A stretch of 55,129 nt of DNA from Euryarchaeota archaeon UBA125 (lineage in GTDB: Archaea > Thermoplasmatota > Poseidoniia > Poseidoniales > Thalassarchaeaceae). This document shows, piece after piece, positions 30,500-40,630 of this stretch. Below the pieces are notes generated by a model. It saw only the letters and a list, made by a program, of their open reading frames with translations, searched no databases and was not told the DNA's origin. Made by a program: the position numbers and the translations under genes. The stretch lies in contig DAPV01000046.1 in NCBI GenBank assembly GCA_002502625.1, positions 1 through 55,129 of the forward strand. The letters run 5' to 3'. The number at the start of each line of letters is the position of its first letter. Within the stretch, counting starts at the first letter, position 1.

Positions 30500-31738
30500 A
30501 TGACGGATGAGGTTCCACTAGCAACCGCAGAACCTTTTCGTGTACCTACTGCCCCTTGTAGGCCAGAAGATGAATCTTCATTTCCCGCTTGGGAATGGAT
30601 GCCAGAAGATCTCCCTCTACTACCCATAGATTGCTCATCAGAAGACACAAAAGAACATGCATATGGATTACTAAGAGTAATCGATGATGACGGAAAAGCA
30701 GGAGGAGAATGGAATCCGAAACTTGACCCCGAAATCTTGAAAACTGGCCTAGAATATATGCTAAGATTACGAATTTTTGACGAGAGGATGATGAAACTTC
30801 AAAGAACTGGAAAATTGTCTTTCTATATGCGATCATTTGGAGAAGAAGCAATTGCTATCGCACAAACAATGGCACTAGAACAACATGATTGGGTATTCCC
30901 CTCTTATCGTCAACCTGGTGCCCAATTTGTACGAGGTAGAGATATGGTCAGCATGATGAATCATTGTATTGGAAATGAGATGGACAATGTAAAGGGTAGG
31001 CAAATGCCTGTCCATTACACTTGGAAAGAGGGGCACTTCATTTCAATTTCTAGTCCAGTTGGCACTCAATTCAATCAAGCAGTAGGAGTTGCTATGGCTT
31101 CAGCTTACAAAGGCGATGATCAAGTGACAATTACTTGGCTGGGAGATGGCACTAGTGCACAAGGTGATTATCACTATGGACTAAACTTCGCATCGGTTTA
31201 CAAACCTCCTGTGATACTCTGTATTGTAAATAACCAGTTTGCAATTTCAACTCATGCAAATCTAGCTACAGGAGGGCCGAATTTTGCTTCACGAGGATTG
31301 CCTTATGGGATACCTTCTATCAGAGTAGATGGAAATGATTTTCTAGCCTTATATTCGATTACTAAATGGGCTAGAGATCGTGCTTCTGCAGGCCATGGAG
31401 CCACTCATCTTGAAGTATACACATATCGAGCAGGTGCGCATTCAAGTAGCGATGATCCATCTAGGTATCGTCCAAAAGATGACCACTTACATTGGCCAGG
31501 AGGGGACCCCATTGAACGTTTGAAAAATCATATGATTTCAATAGGAATATGGTCAGAGGAAAAACATGGAGAATTAATCGAAAAAATAGATTCAGAAGTA
31601 GTTGCATCATACAAAGAAGCAACATCATATGGTGATCTTGCAAATGGGCCTTACCCCCCTGCATCTACCATTTTCACAGAAGTTTACGAAACAGTGCCGT
31701 GGCATGTTCAAGAACAGCGAGAGGAATTAGGGAAGTGA
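30500..31738 (+). CDS. bkdA1: 2-oxoacid (probably branched-chain) dehydrogenase E1 alpha
   Basis: KGRQMPVHY, GDG...NN TPP-binding motif, YRAGAHSSSDDPSRYR. Confidence 0.88.
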   Translation: MTDEVPLATAEPFRVPTAPCRPEDESSFPAWEWMPEDLPLLPIDCSSEDTKEHAYGLLRVIDDDGKAGGEWNPKLDPEILKTGLEYMLRLRIFDERMMKLQRTGKLSFYMRSFGEEAIAIAQTMALEQHDWVFPSYRQPGAQFVRGRDMVSMMNHCIGNEMDNVKGRQMPVHYTWKEGHFISISSPVGTQFNQAVGVAMASAYKGDDQVTITWLGDGTSAQGDYHYGLNFASVYKPPVILCIVNNQFAISTHANLATGGPNFASRGLPYGIPSIRVDGNDFLALYSITKWARDRASAGHGATHLEVYTYRAGAHSSSDDPSRYRPKDDHLHWPGGDPIERLKNHMISIGIWSEEKHGELIEKIDSEVVASYKEATSYGDLANGPYPPASTIFTEVYETVPWHVQEQREELGK

Positions 31739-31742
31739 TTTC

Positions 31743-32753
31743 ATGGCTGAAATGAATATTATAGAGGCTCTAAAATCATCGTTAGATGATTTAATGAAAA
31801 GGGACCCAAATGTTCTGACTTTCGGAGAAGATGTAGGTTATTTCGGAGGAGTATTCAGAGTAACTGATGGCCTTCAAGAAAAATATGGAGCGCATCGAGT
31901 CTTTGACACACCATTAGCAGAAGGAGGAATTGCTTCTATGGCCATGGGCATGGGACTAAATGGACTAAGGCCAGTGGCAGAGATTCAATTTGCCGACTAT
32001 ATATTCCCTGCATATGATCAAATTGTGAATGAAATTGCTAAGGTTAGGCATCGTTCTGGAGGCGAATTTACTGCCCCGGTAACTTTCCGAACACCTGCCG
32101 GTGGAGGCATTAGAGGAGGACACCACCATTCACAATCTCCAGAGTCTCAATTTACACATACTCCAGGTCTAAAGGTAGTGTACTGTTCCACTCCTTTGAA
32201 TGCAAAGGGATTACTTACCTCTTCTGTTGAGTGTAATGACCCAGTAATTTTCTTCGAGCCAAAACGTTGCTACAATGGTCCATTCTATGGTGACCCGCAT
32301 AAACTCTCAACCTGGAAAGGCCACCCTGATGCTGATGTTCCAGAGGGAGAATTCAGAATACCATTAGAACAGGCCAATATGGTTATGGAAGGAAATGACT
32401 GCACAGTTATTGCATGGGGCACTATGGTTCACATTTGCCAACAAGCAATCAAAGAAAGTGGAGTTTCATGCGATTTAATTGATTTACAAACTTTAGTTCC
32501 GTGGGATCGCGACACTGTCGTTTCATCTGTCAAAAAGACAGGACGATGTGTGATAGTTCATGAAGCCCCTAAGACTAGTGGGTTTGGTGCAGAGATGTCG
32601 GCAAGCATCCAAGAACGTTGTTTCTATCACCTTGAATCTCCTATTACTAGAGTTACAGGATGGGATACTCCATTCCCCCATACTACTGAATGGGATTATA
32701 TCCCTAGTACCGAACGGATTTCTAAGGCCATCAGGGCCACACAGGAGGATTGA
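31743..32753 (+). CDS. bkdA2: 2-oxoacid dehydrogenase E1 beta
   Basis: GEDVGYFGGVFR, EIQFADY, HHSQSPE, RVTGWDTPFP. Confidence 0.88.
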   Translation: MAEMNIIEALKSSLDDLMKRDPNVLTFGEDVGYFGGVFRVTDGLQEKYGAHRVFDTPLAEGGIASMAMGMGLNGLRPVAEIQFADYIFPAYDQIVNEIAKVRHRSGGEFTAPVTFRTPAGGGIRGGHHHSQSPESQFTHTPGLKVVYCSTPLNAKGLLTSSVECNDPVIFFEPKRCYNGPFYGDPHKLSTWKGHPDADVPEGEFRIPLEQANMVMEGNDCTVIAWGTMVHICQQAIKESGVSCDLIDLQTLVPWDRDTVVSSVKKTGRCVIVHEAPKTSGFGAEMSASIQERCFYHLESPITRVTGWDTPFPHTTEWDYIPSTERISKAIRATQED

Positions 32754-32755
32754 GC

Positions 32756-34042
32756 ATGGGAACCTACGAATTCAGACTTCCAGATATTGGTGAAGGTGTT
32801 GTGGAAGGAGAAATTGTTTCCTGGCATGTTTCAGTAGGAGATGTCGTCACAGAAGACCAACCTCTTCTTGAGGTAATGACAGATAAGGCATCAGTAGAAA
32901 TCCCTAGTCCAGTAGATGGAAAAATCACTTCCACAACTGGAGAACCTGGAGAAATTATCCCTGTTGGACAAGTATGTATTGTGTTCGAGGTGGAGGGCGA
33001 AGGTAATGCATCTGCACAAGAAGTAGATGAGGTTCCAGAACCTGATTCGGCTCCGGCTCCTGCTCCTGCTCCTGCTCCGGCTCCTGCTCCTGCTCCTGCT
33101 CCTACCCCGGCTCCGGCTCCTGCCCCTGCTCCTGCTCCTGTTCTTACTCCTTCAGGAGGAAAAACATTAGCAAGTCCCGCAGTTAGACAAAGGGCGAGAT
33201 TAGCAGGAATTGATATCTCTGGTGTGAATGGAAGTGGACCAGCGGGTAGAGTTACTAATGCAGATCTTGACTCACATATTGCATCAGGAGGTTCAGTTCC
33301 TGCAAGTACTCCAATGTCTCCTTCAACACCTAGAGGACAGAGACTTAATGGAGTTGAAGAAGTACCAGTAATAGGGTTAAGAAGAAAAATCGCTGAGAAA
33401 ATGGTTGAATCAAAAACAAGAATCCCTCACTTTTCATATTTTGAAGATGTAGATGTTACTGAGTTAGAATCTCTTCGGCAATATCTGAATTCAACACGTG
33501 CAGATGGACAACCTAAACTAACATACTTGCCATTCATCATGTTGGCTTTAGCAAAAATCATGCCTCAACACCCTGAATGTAATGGTATATACGACGAAGA
33601 AGCAGGACATGTTCTTCGTCATCAAGCAGTTCACCTTGGAATTGCAACTCAAACTGAGAGAGGACTATATGTGCCTGTTGTCAAACATGTAGAATCAATG
33701 GACGTATGGACAGCTGCGAGTGAAATGCAAAGAGTTTCAGGGGCTGCAAGAGATGGTACTGCATCCCTTGATGATCTCAGTGGATCGACATTTACTATCA
33801 CAAGTCTTGGTAGAGATGGAGGATTAGGAGCAACACCGATTATCAATCATCCTGAAATGGCAATTCTTGGAGTTCACAAAGCTACAGAAAGACCTGCTGT
33901 TGTAAATGGTAAAATCGAAATTCGTCGCATAATGAACCTCTCGTCTTCTTTCGACCATAGAGTGATTGATGGGGCCGATGGAGCTGCACTAGTTCAACAT
34001 CTAAAACGGATGCTAGAACATCCTGCTATGATTTTCATGTGA
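32756..34042 (+). CDS. bkdB: Dihydrolipoamide acyltransferase E2
   Basis: Lipoyl domain EVMTDKA, PA linker, ASPAVR E3-binding domain, DHRVIDG. Confidence 0.9.
   Translation: MGTYEFRLPDIGEGVVEGEIVSWHVSVGDVVTEDQPLLEVMTDKASVEIPSPVDGKITSTTGEPGEIIPVGQVCIVFEVEGEGNASAQEVDEVPEPDSAPAPAPAPAPAPAPAPAPTPAPAPAPAPAPVLTPSGGKTLASPAVRQRARLAGIDISGVNGSGPAGRVTNADLDSHIASGGSVPASTPMSPSTPRGQRLNGVEEVPVIGLRRKIAEKMVESKTRIPHFSYFEDVDVTELESLRQYLNSTRADGQPKLTYLPFIMLALAKIMPQHPECNGIYDEEAGHVLRHQAVHLGIATQTERGLYVPVVKHVESMDVWTAASEMQRVSGAARDGTASLDDLSGSTFTITSLGRDGGLGATPIINHPEMAILGVHKATERPAVVNGKIEIRRIMNLSSSFDHRVIDGADGAALVQHLKRMLEHPAMIFM
33050..33139 (+). repeat. 15 hexamer units (mostly GCTCCN) encoding the Ala-Pro linker of E2
   Basis: (AP)9-TP-(AP)5 read directly from the sequence. 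Confidence 0.9.
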
Positions 34043-34051
34043 GGGATTTCA

Positions 34052-35473
34052 ATGAAAACTAGATCTTGCCAAGTTCTTGTTGTAGGAGCCGGACCCGGCG
34101 GCTATGTTGCAGCAATTAGATCTGCCCAACTGGGATTAGATACAGTAATTGTAGAAGGAGATAAAGCAGGAGGAACATGTTTGATTAGAGGATGTATCCC
34201 CTCAAAAGCGATAATTCATGCATCAGAACGTTTTGAGAATCTTGCAAAACATGCAGAAGAAGGAGGACATATGGGGATTTCTTCAGCCTCACCAGATCTG
34301 AATATGAAGGAACTTATCTCTTGGAAAGATTCGATCGTTCAACGACTCAACCAAGGCGTAGAAGGGTTACTGAAAGCCGCAGGAGCTGAATTAGTTCACG
34401 GATGGGCAAATTTTGTTGATGCTAAAACATGTAAAGTAAATACAGATGAGGGAGTACTTCGAATTGAAGCAGAAAATGTAATTCTTGCTACTGGATCATC
34501 TCCGATAGAATTACCATTTATGCCATTTGATGAAAAGAAAATCTGTTCGTCAACTGGCGCCTTAGATTTAGAAGATTTACCTGCAAAGGTAGCAATTGTA
34601 GGAGGAGGATATATTGGTCTAGAACTTGGCTGTGCTTTGACTAAATTAGGAACAGAAGTTACCGTAATTGAAGGATTAGACAGTGTACTATCGATCTTCG
34701 ATAAAGAATTACGTCGACCATTAGAGATATGGTTGAAGAAACAGGGTGTAAAAATCAATACGAATTGTATGGCTCAAGGAGCAGATGTATCCGAAGAAGG
34801 AGTCACCATGAAATGGTCTGACAAACAGGGTGAAGAACATAGTTTACTTGTAGACTCAGTTCTAGTTACCGTTGGAAGAAAACCAAATACTCAAGGTTGG
34901 GGATTAGAAGAAATGGGGCTAAGAATGAATGATTCGGGAAGATTCATCGCTATTGACGAACAATGTAAAACAAATATGCCTGGAGTTTATGCGATTGGAG
35001 ACGTTACTGGAGACCCTATGCTGGCACACAGAGCAAGTGCTCAAGGAGAAATGGTAGCAGAAATAATCGCGGGACATGTTCGTGTATGGGATAAAGTCGC
35101 AATTCCAGCTATTGTATTTACTGAGCCTGAAATCGTTAGTGTTGGGCTAACACCTGATGAAGCCAAAGATGCGAATGAGAATTTTATCGTAGGTAAGTTC
35201 CCACTTGCTGCAAACGGGCGCGCTCTAACTTTAGAAGCAGAGAAGACGAATGGGTTTGTCAGAGTAATTGCCAGAGAATCAGATCACGTAATCCTGGGCA
35301 TTCAAGCTGTTGGTTCACATGTTGCTGAGCTGTCAGGTGAATTTGTTTTAGCACTTGAAATGGGAGCAGTGCTAGAAGACATTGCCGCTACAGTTCATGC
35401 TCATCCTACAATGACTGAATCATTCCATGAAAGTGTTCTCAAAACATTAGGTCATGCAATCCACATCTCTTGA
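34052..35473 (+). CDS. lpdA: Dihydrolipoamide dehydrogenase E3
   Basis: GAGPGGY, GGTCLIRGCIPSK, GGGYIG, HAHPTMTE. Confidence 0.95.
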   Translation: MKTRSCQVLVVGAGPGGYVAAIRSAQLGLDTVIVEGDKAGGTCLIRGCIPSKAIIHASERFENLAKHAEEGGHMGISSASPDLNMKELISWKDSIVQRLNQGVEGLLKAAGAELVHGWANFVDAKTCKVNTDEGVLRIEAENVILATGSSPIELPFMPFDEKKICSSTGALDLEDLPAKVAIVGGGYIGLELGCALTKLGTEVTVIEGLDSVLSIFDKELRRPLEIWLKKQGVKINTNCMAQGADVSEEGVTMKWSDKQGEEHSLLVDSVLVTVGRKPNTQGWGLEEMGLRMNDSGRFIAIDEQCKTNMPGVYAIGDVTGDPMLAHRASAQGEMVAEIIAGHVRVWDKVAIPAIVFTEPEIVSVGLTPDEAKDANENFIVGKFPLAANGRALTLEAEKTNGFVRVIARESDHVILGIQAVGSHVAELSGEFVLALEMGAVLEDIAATVHAHPTMTESFHESVLKTLGHAIHIS

Positions 35474-35509
35474 GCAAGTGTTCATCCACTACCTACCTAT
35501 CTTAGGGGC

Positions 35510-36187
35510 ATGAGGCCTCTGCGAGTGTTACGTACTGGGCCGCTAGATCATTCGATTGTAGATTCAATGATGAGAGAATTACAGAAAGCCAGAATAGCTG
35601 ATGAAATTCCAGATACTCTCATCTTTACTGAACATCCTGAAGTTGTAACCGTGGGCCCTAAAGCAAGGAGAGACAATGTAGTAATCCCGAAAGATTATCC
35701 AAAATTGGATGTAGATCGTGGGGGAGGAATAACTTATCATGGACCAGGGCAATTGATTGCGTACCCAATTATTCGTTGGACTCATTCAGAACAATCAGTT
35801 CCAGGAGTAATAAAATGTCTAGAAGAATGGGTAATTAGAGCTCTAATGGATTGTGGAGTTGAATCAACTAGAGATGATAGAATGCAAGGTGTTTGGGTGG
35901 ATGGAAAAAAGGTATGCAGTATCGGCCTTTCATTCTTAAAATGGGTCAGCCGTCATGGGCTCGCTATCAATATCGAAACAATTCCTTCAAGAGTTGAAAC
36001 ATTGGATGGTTGCGGATTGAATGCCGGGATGACTACCTCACTTCGTGCATTAGGCCACACTCATGACCTTGAAGGAAGAGTAATCGATAGAAAAAGACTA
36101 GAAGAAGCATTGATTTTCTCGGCTTCGAAATCAATTAATAGAGTGCCATTACATCCTTTAGAATGGAACCCTTTACAAAGCGATTAA
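35510..36187 (+). CDS. lipB: Octanoyltransferase
   Basis: EHPEVVTVG, DRGGGITYHGPGQL, KVCSIG, HGLAIN, GCG. Confidence 0.92.
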   Translation: MRPLRVLRTGPLDHSIVDSMMRELQKARIADEIPDTLIFTEHPEVVTVGPKARRDNVVIPKDYPKLDVDRGGGITYHGPGQLIAYPIIRWTHSEQSVPGVIKCLEEWVIRALMDCGVESTRDDRMQGVWVDGKKVCSIGLSFLKWVSRHGLAINIETIPSRVETLDGCGLNAGMTTSLRALGHTHDLEGRVIDRKRLEEALIFSASKSINRVPLHPLEWNPLQSD

Positions 36188-36726
36188 TTTCCTTTCGCAA
36201 AAGAAATCATTCTATCTATTGGAATATGGTCAGCTGTATCTTTACAATAATGAGCTTCTACAACTTTACCATCTTCACCGATGAGAAGATCAACAGGGAT
36301 TGTAGACATCTTAGAAATTGAAAACGTCATTGGAACATAGCCCTTGAGAGTTGCTTGCATAAATGTGAGTGGGGAGCGCATTGCGCCCCACATAAACTTA
36401 CCAAAGGATTTGCTTACACCATTGTTTTCAAAATGCTCATAGGTTTCATCTGCGACAATGGTAAAAGGTATGTTTCTCTTCCCCATTCTCTTAGTCAATT
36501 CATCGATTTTTGCATCGAACACTCCTACCATCACGGTTCCCTCTGGGAACTCTTTCCATCTCTTCATTAACCGATCAATTCGTATATTACAAAATGGACA
36601 AGATGAGAATCTAAAGAAGGTGAAAATCACTCTCTTACCCTTCATTAATGACATGTCAAATGTAGTTCCATCAATACTTGGTAAGACCATCGAAGGGGCT
36701 AGGTCACCTGTCTTTAGTTTGGGCAT
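36184..36726 (-). CDS. Peroxiredoxin-like AhpC/TSA family protein
   Basis: GDLAP, FFRFSSCPFC, thioredoxin-fold pattern. Confidence 0.8.
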   Translation of the reverse strand: MPKLKTGDLAPSMVLPSIDGTTFDMSLMKGKRVIFTFFRFSSCPFCNIRIDRLMKRWKEFPEGTVMVGVFDAKIDELTKRMGKRNIPFTIVADETYEHFENNGVSKSFGKFMWGAMRSPLTFMQATLKGYVPMTFSISKMSTIPVDLLIGEDGKVVEAHYCKDTADHIPIDRMISFAKGN

Positions 36727-36819
36727 GATGCTGCGCTAAAAAATAGATTTAATATCATTCCGATTTTAAGTTTAAATTTAATACGATATTTTCATAATGA
36801 GAAAAATTCACGGCATTGC

Positions 36820-38508
36820 ATGGCAGATGTGGGGGGCCCTCTCTCATATTATTGGCGAATGATCTCAAACGTTGATTTTGAAACTGGAACTTTCATGGGG
36901 TACTGGAATTTACTTGCTATATTCAGTATCATTTCATCGATTTTTCTCATATTTCTTTCATATCTCGTATTACGAGCAGGACCTAAAAAAGCAAAAAATC
37001 GATTTATGGCTTTGATGTTGTTTACAGAATCTCTAAGATGTGCAACATCAATGCTTTTCTGGCTTTATGGATGGCCTGAAAGTTTCTTGGCAGTTCTAGA
37101 ACCAGCACGAGTAGTGTACTATACCATGTCTTTACAACTTTTCATGCTGTACATAGTAGCTGCAACATTTTACATTGAAAAACAATGGGCTAAACAAATT
37201 TCAGGATTCTTTAGATTCCATGGATTATACTTGTTACCAATATTCTGTTTTGTAATTATTTTGTTTAGTAGTGAACTTTTCGGAGGTAGAACAGCTGCAA
37301 TTGGAGATATAAGTTGGGTTTACTGTCAAGAAATAGGTGTAGGATATGGTACTACAGCATCTGGAACAGATTTACCATTTGATGTCTCATGCTCCTCGAG
37401 ATATTCAACTCTTTATCCAATGACAATGTCAACTGTTGCAATAGGGCCACTTGCTCGGATTCTTCTTTTTATACCGCTTATTGGCGCTATAATTGCAATG
37501 ATTTCTGTTGGAGGTTCACAGAAAAGAGTCCAAGAAAGTGGCGATTCAAGTCTAATTGGAGAAGTTCGTGCTGTTCGTTTAGGATTTATCGGAAAGACTG
37601 TTCTCCAGATTTCTTCTACTTTGGCTCTTTTCATCATAATCGGAATCCTTGGACAATCGCCCTCAATAGAAACAAGTGTATTCAATGAGGCATTAGAAGT
37701 TCCAACACTATTGATTGCAGTAGGGCCATTAATACCAACAGCTGTTGTTCTTGCTGCACTATTTGAAGGCATAGTTTTCACATATGCAGTAATCAAAAAT
37801 GATATGTTTGGAATCGATGAGACATTACGTAAAACCTTCATTACTGCCACATTTGCAGGTGTAGGAGCAGTTCTATTCTTAATTAGTACAGAAGCAATGG
37901 AATCTGTATTCGACCAAGGTTGGATAGGTGGAGTAATAATCGGTTTACCATTAATTGTATTAAGAAAACCGATTTTTAACAGGCTATCAAAATTTTCAAC
38001 AAAAATATTGCCTGAATCACATACCAGTGAAGAATTAGGTTATCTAGAGATGTATGCTCTTGCGAAAAAAGATGGAAAAATTACGACTAATGAACGGTCT
38101 ATGTTGGATCTCCAAGCAAAATCTTACGGAATTAATGCTGAACGAATAAAGTACTTGGAATCATGGTTCGAAGAAGAAGATATTTCATCAGATTCAGGAA
38201 TGTCTAATCTTTCTGAAAGATTTGGCAAGAGTGGCATTAATTTGATGTCTGTATTCGGAACTACTGGTGAAGCTCCAATTGATGAAAGAGAAATAAGCGA
38301 TTCCTTTGCAATCATGGATGCCAACAAAGATAGCGTGATATCTCCTGATGAGTTTTCAAACTCCCCTGAGGTATCAAAATTACCTCCGGAATCACGTGAT
38401 GAAATGTTTGATGAAATAGATTTGAATAAAGATGGTTTGCTTCAATATGATGAATTCAAAAAAATGGCACAAATCACAGAATCACACATTTTATTTGAAT
38501 CAGAATAA
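36820..38508 (+). CDS. Multi-pass membrane protein with C-terminal TerB-like segment and two EF-hands
   Basis: About 8-9 hydrophobic segments; ALAKKDGKITTNERSML; EF loops DANKDSVISPDE (from 38317) and DLNKDGLLQYDE (from 38419). Confidence 0.8.
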   Translation: MADVGGPLSYYWRMISNVDFETGTFMGYWNLLAIFSIISSIFLIFLSYLVLRAGPKKAKNRFMALMLFTESLRCATSMLFWLYGWPESFLAVLEPARVVYYTMSLQLFMLYIVAATFYIEKQWAKQISGFFRFHGLYLLPIFCFVIILFSSELFGGRTAAIGDISWVYCQEIGVGYGTTASGTDLPFDVSCSSRYSTLYPMTMSTVAIGPLARILLFIPLIGAIIAMISVGGSQKRVQESGDSSLIGEVRAVRLGFIGKTVLQISSTLALFIIIGILGQSPSIETSVFNEALEVPTLLIAVGPLIPTAVVLAALFEGIVFTYAVIKNDMFGIDETLRKTFITATFAGVGAVLFLISTEAMESVFDQGWIGGVIIGLPLIVLRKPIFNRLSKFSTKILPESHTSEELGYLEMYALAKKDGKITTNERSMLDLQAKSYGINAERIKYLESWFEEEDISSDSGMSNLSERFGKSGINLMSVFGTTGEAPIDEREISDSFAIMDANKDSVISPDEFSNSPEVSKLPPESRDEMFDEIDLNKDGLLQYDEFKKMAQITESHILFESE

Positions 38509-38515
38509 CCTGTGT

Positions 38516-39097
38516 TCAACCTTCATATACAATTGATAAATTATCAGTTAATTGGAATACAATAAACATTAGAAACATGAATACACCAATAAATTGATGA
38601 TATTTTTTAGATTTATTGAACGCACCATATAGTGCTGCTAGACCTACTATTGAAGGCATTATCACCAGAGGAGAACTAATCGCTTGGCCAAATAGTAAAT
38701 GATTAACTGCACTTGAACTGAATAATGAGAAAGCTACAATCGAAAAAAATGCATTATGAACAGAATAGTAATGTTTCTCAAGATCTATTTCTCCTTCTTC
38801 AGTTGCCTTAGGTAGAACCAAAGTTGTGAAGAAATAAATCGATCCTAAATTAATGACGATTAACCAATATTGCCAATACGACCAGGTTTCTAAATCGACT
38901 GAAAGCAACCACAAGCCCCACCAGGTAAAAATAGCCCAGTTTGTCACAGTAACTACCCATAGAGAATTCAACCAATATGTCTTGACTCTTTCACGAATCT
39001 CATACAAGTCAGTCACAGCACGGAAAATATGTGTCACTGCTAATCCAACAATCAAAGAACAAAAAATGGTGATAAACTCAAAGGGTGACATTTGCAT
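38516..39097 (-). CDS. Hypothetical integral membrane protein
   Basis: 193 aa, about 5-6 TM segments, Trp-rich. Confidence 0.75.
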   Translation of the reverse strand: MQMSPFEFITIFCSLIVGLAVTHIFRAVTDLYEIRERVKTYWLNSLWVVTVTNWAIFTWWGLWLLSVDLETWSYWQYWLIVINLGSIYFFTTLVLPKATEEGEIDLEKHYYSVHNAFFSIVAFSLFSSSAVNHLLFGQAISSPLVIMPSIVGLAALYGAFNKSKKYHQFIGVFMFLMFIVFQLTDNLSIVYEG

Positions 39098-39206
39098 TGC
39101 AATCGACCTAATATAATGTAAGACACTCTATAATTAAATGAGTGAATATTGAATGATAGATATTGAAGAGCAACACTTGAAAACTTTCGACCTCTGACAG
39201 TAAACA

Positions 39207-39947
39207 ATGTACCGTACTAAGAACCCGGCACTAAACGACATGGTATTTGTTTTCCAAGGAATGTTAGAAGATAAAATGACGATCCAAGGTGTGGTAGAGA
39301 AAGGAGCTATTACTTTTGCAATTATGCTATTATCTGGATTAAGCATCTGGGGTTTGGCCCTGACAGGAAGTCCTGAAATTGCATTCACGCTTAGCATTGT
39401 TGGCTGGGTAGTCGGATTCATTTTCTTTTTCGTAATGTTATTCACAGGTTTAGCTGATAATCCTGTAGCAGTACTAACTTATGCGGCTCTTCAAGGATTA
39501 TTCTTAGGAGGAACTACTCTTATGTTTGATTTAGCATATCCAGGAATTGCAATTCAAGCATTCCTAGGTACTACAGCAGTATTTGGAGGCATGTTAATTA
39601 TCTATAGAACAGGAGTTATACCCGTTACAGAAAACTTTAGAATTGCATTATTTAGTGCGATGTCAGCGGTTTTCATGATTTACATGTTAACATTGATACT
39701 CAGTATATTTGGTATTGAGATTCCATATATTCATTCGAATGGCCTAATCGGGATCGGATTTTCCGTATTAGTGATTGGAATAGGAGCATTTTGTCTCGCA
39801 TCTGATTTTGATTTTGTGGAAAGGGGTGTGGAAAATGGAGCACCAAAATCAATGGAATGGAGAGCAGTTTTCGGTTTAATGGTCACACTAGTTTGGATAT
39901 ACTTAGAGATGCTTAGACTACTGGCCAAGTTAAATTCACGTCGATAA
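39207..39947 (+). CDS. Bax inhibitor-1/YccA family membrane protein
   Basis: About 7 TM; C-terminal DFDFVERGVENGAPKSMEW..FGLMVTLVWIYLEMLRLL. Confidence 0.88.
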   Translation: MYRTKNPALNDMVFVFQGMLEDKMTIQGVVEKGAITFAIMLLSGLSIWGLALTGSPEIAFTLSIVGWVVGFIFFFVMLFTGLADNPVAVLTYAALQGLFLGGTTLMFDLAYPGIAIQAFLGTTAVFGGMLIIYRTGVIPVTENFRIALFSAMSAVFMIYMLTLILSIFGIEIPYIHSNGLIGIGFSVLVIGIGAFCLASDFDFVERGVENGAPKSMEWRAVFGLMVTLVWIYLEMLRLLAKLNSRR

Positions 39948-39999
39948 TCTACCGAGGATAGAAGCAACGCTTCAAGCATTATGACATATCGGTGAGAGT

Positions 40000-40578
40000 A
40001 TGGGTAACCACGTTGTAGCCATTACTGGAGCCTCCGGAGCCAAGTACGGGGTACGCCTAATCGAAATACTGCATAGTATTGGACATGGCATTAGACTGAT
40101 AATTAGCCGAGAAGGAGCAATTAACCTGAAATTAGAATGCGATATTACCCCAGAAGAACTCGCTGAAAGGTATGAATGTACAATTGAAAATAATCATAAT
40201 CTAGCTGCTAAATCAGCAAGCGGTTCTGCTAAGATTGATTCTGTGATCGTATGTCCTGCTTCAGGAACTACAATTTCTAAAATTGCAGCAGGTATTTCAG
40301 ATAATCTAGCCACAAGGAGTGCAATTGTAGCACTGAAAGAAAGAAGAACACTCATTTTGGTGCCTAGAGAAGCCCCATATGCTACCGTTCATCTAGAAAA
40401 TATGACTAAAATCTCTCAATGGGGAGGAGTCATTCTTCCTGCTAGTCCCGGATTCTACAATAATCCATCTACAATTGAAGATTTAGTTGATTTTGTTGTG
40501 GCTCGAATTCTTGACCAAATCGGAATTGATAATGACCTGACTGCTCGATGGACGGGTGAAGAAGTAAAATCTGAATAA
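40000..40578 (+). CDS. ubiX: Flavin prenyltransferase
   Basis: AITGASG, ASGS, LKERRTLILVPRE, PGFY, DFVVARILD. Confidence 0.92.
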   Translation: MGNHVVAITGASGAKYGVRLIEILHSIGHGIRLIISREGAINLKLECDITPEELAERYECTIENNHNLAAKSASGSAKIDSVIVCPASGTTISKIAAGISDNLATRSAIVALKERRTLILVPREAPYATVHLENMTKISQWGGVILPASPGFYNNPSTIEDLVDFVVARILDQIGIDNDLTARWTGEEVKSE

Positions 40579-40630
40579 TTCTACTCATCTGCAGAATGGT
40601 TTCAAATCAAACCATTGTTACAGAGTACCA

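Noticed and set aside
33050-33139. Tandem repeat as CRISPR or contingency locus
   Set aside because: In-frame 6-nt units encoding the ordinary Ala-Pro linker of E2; no spacers.
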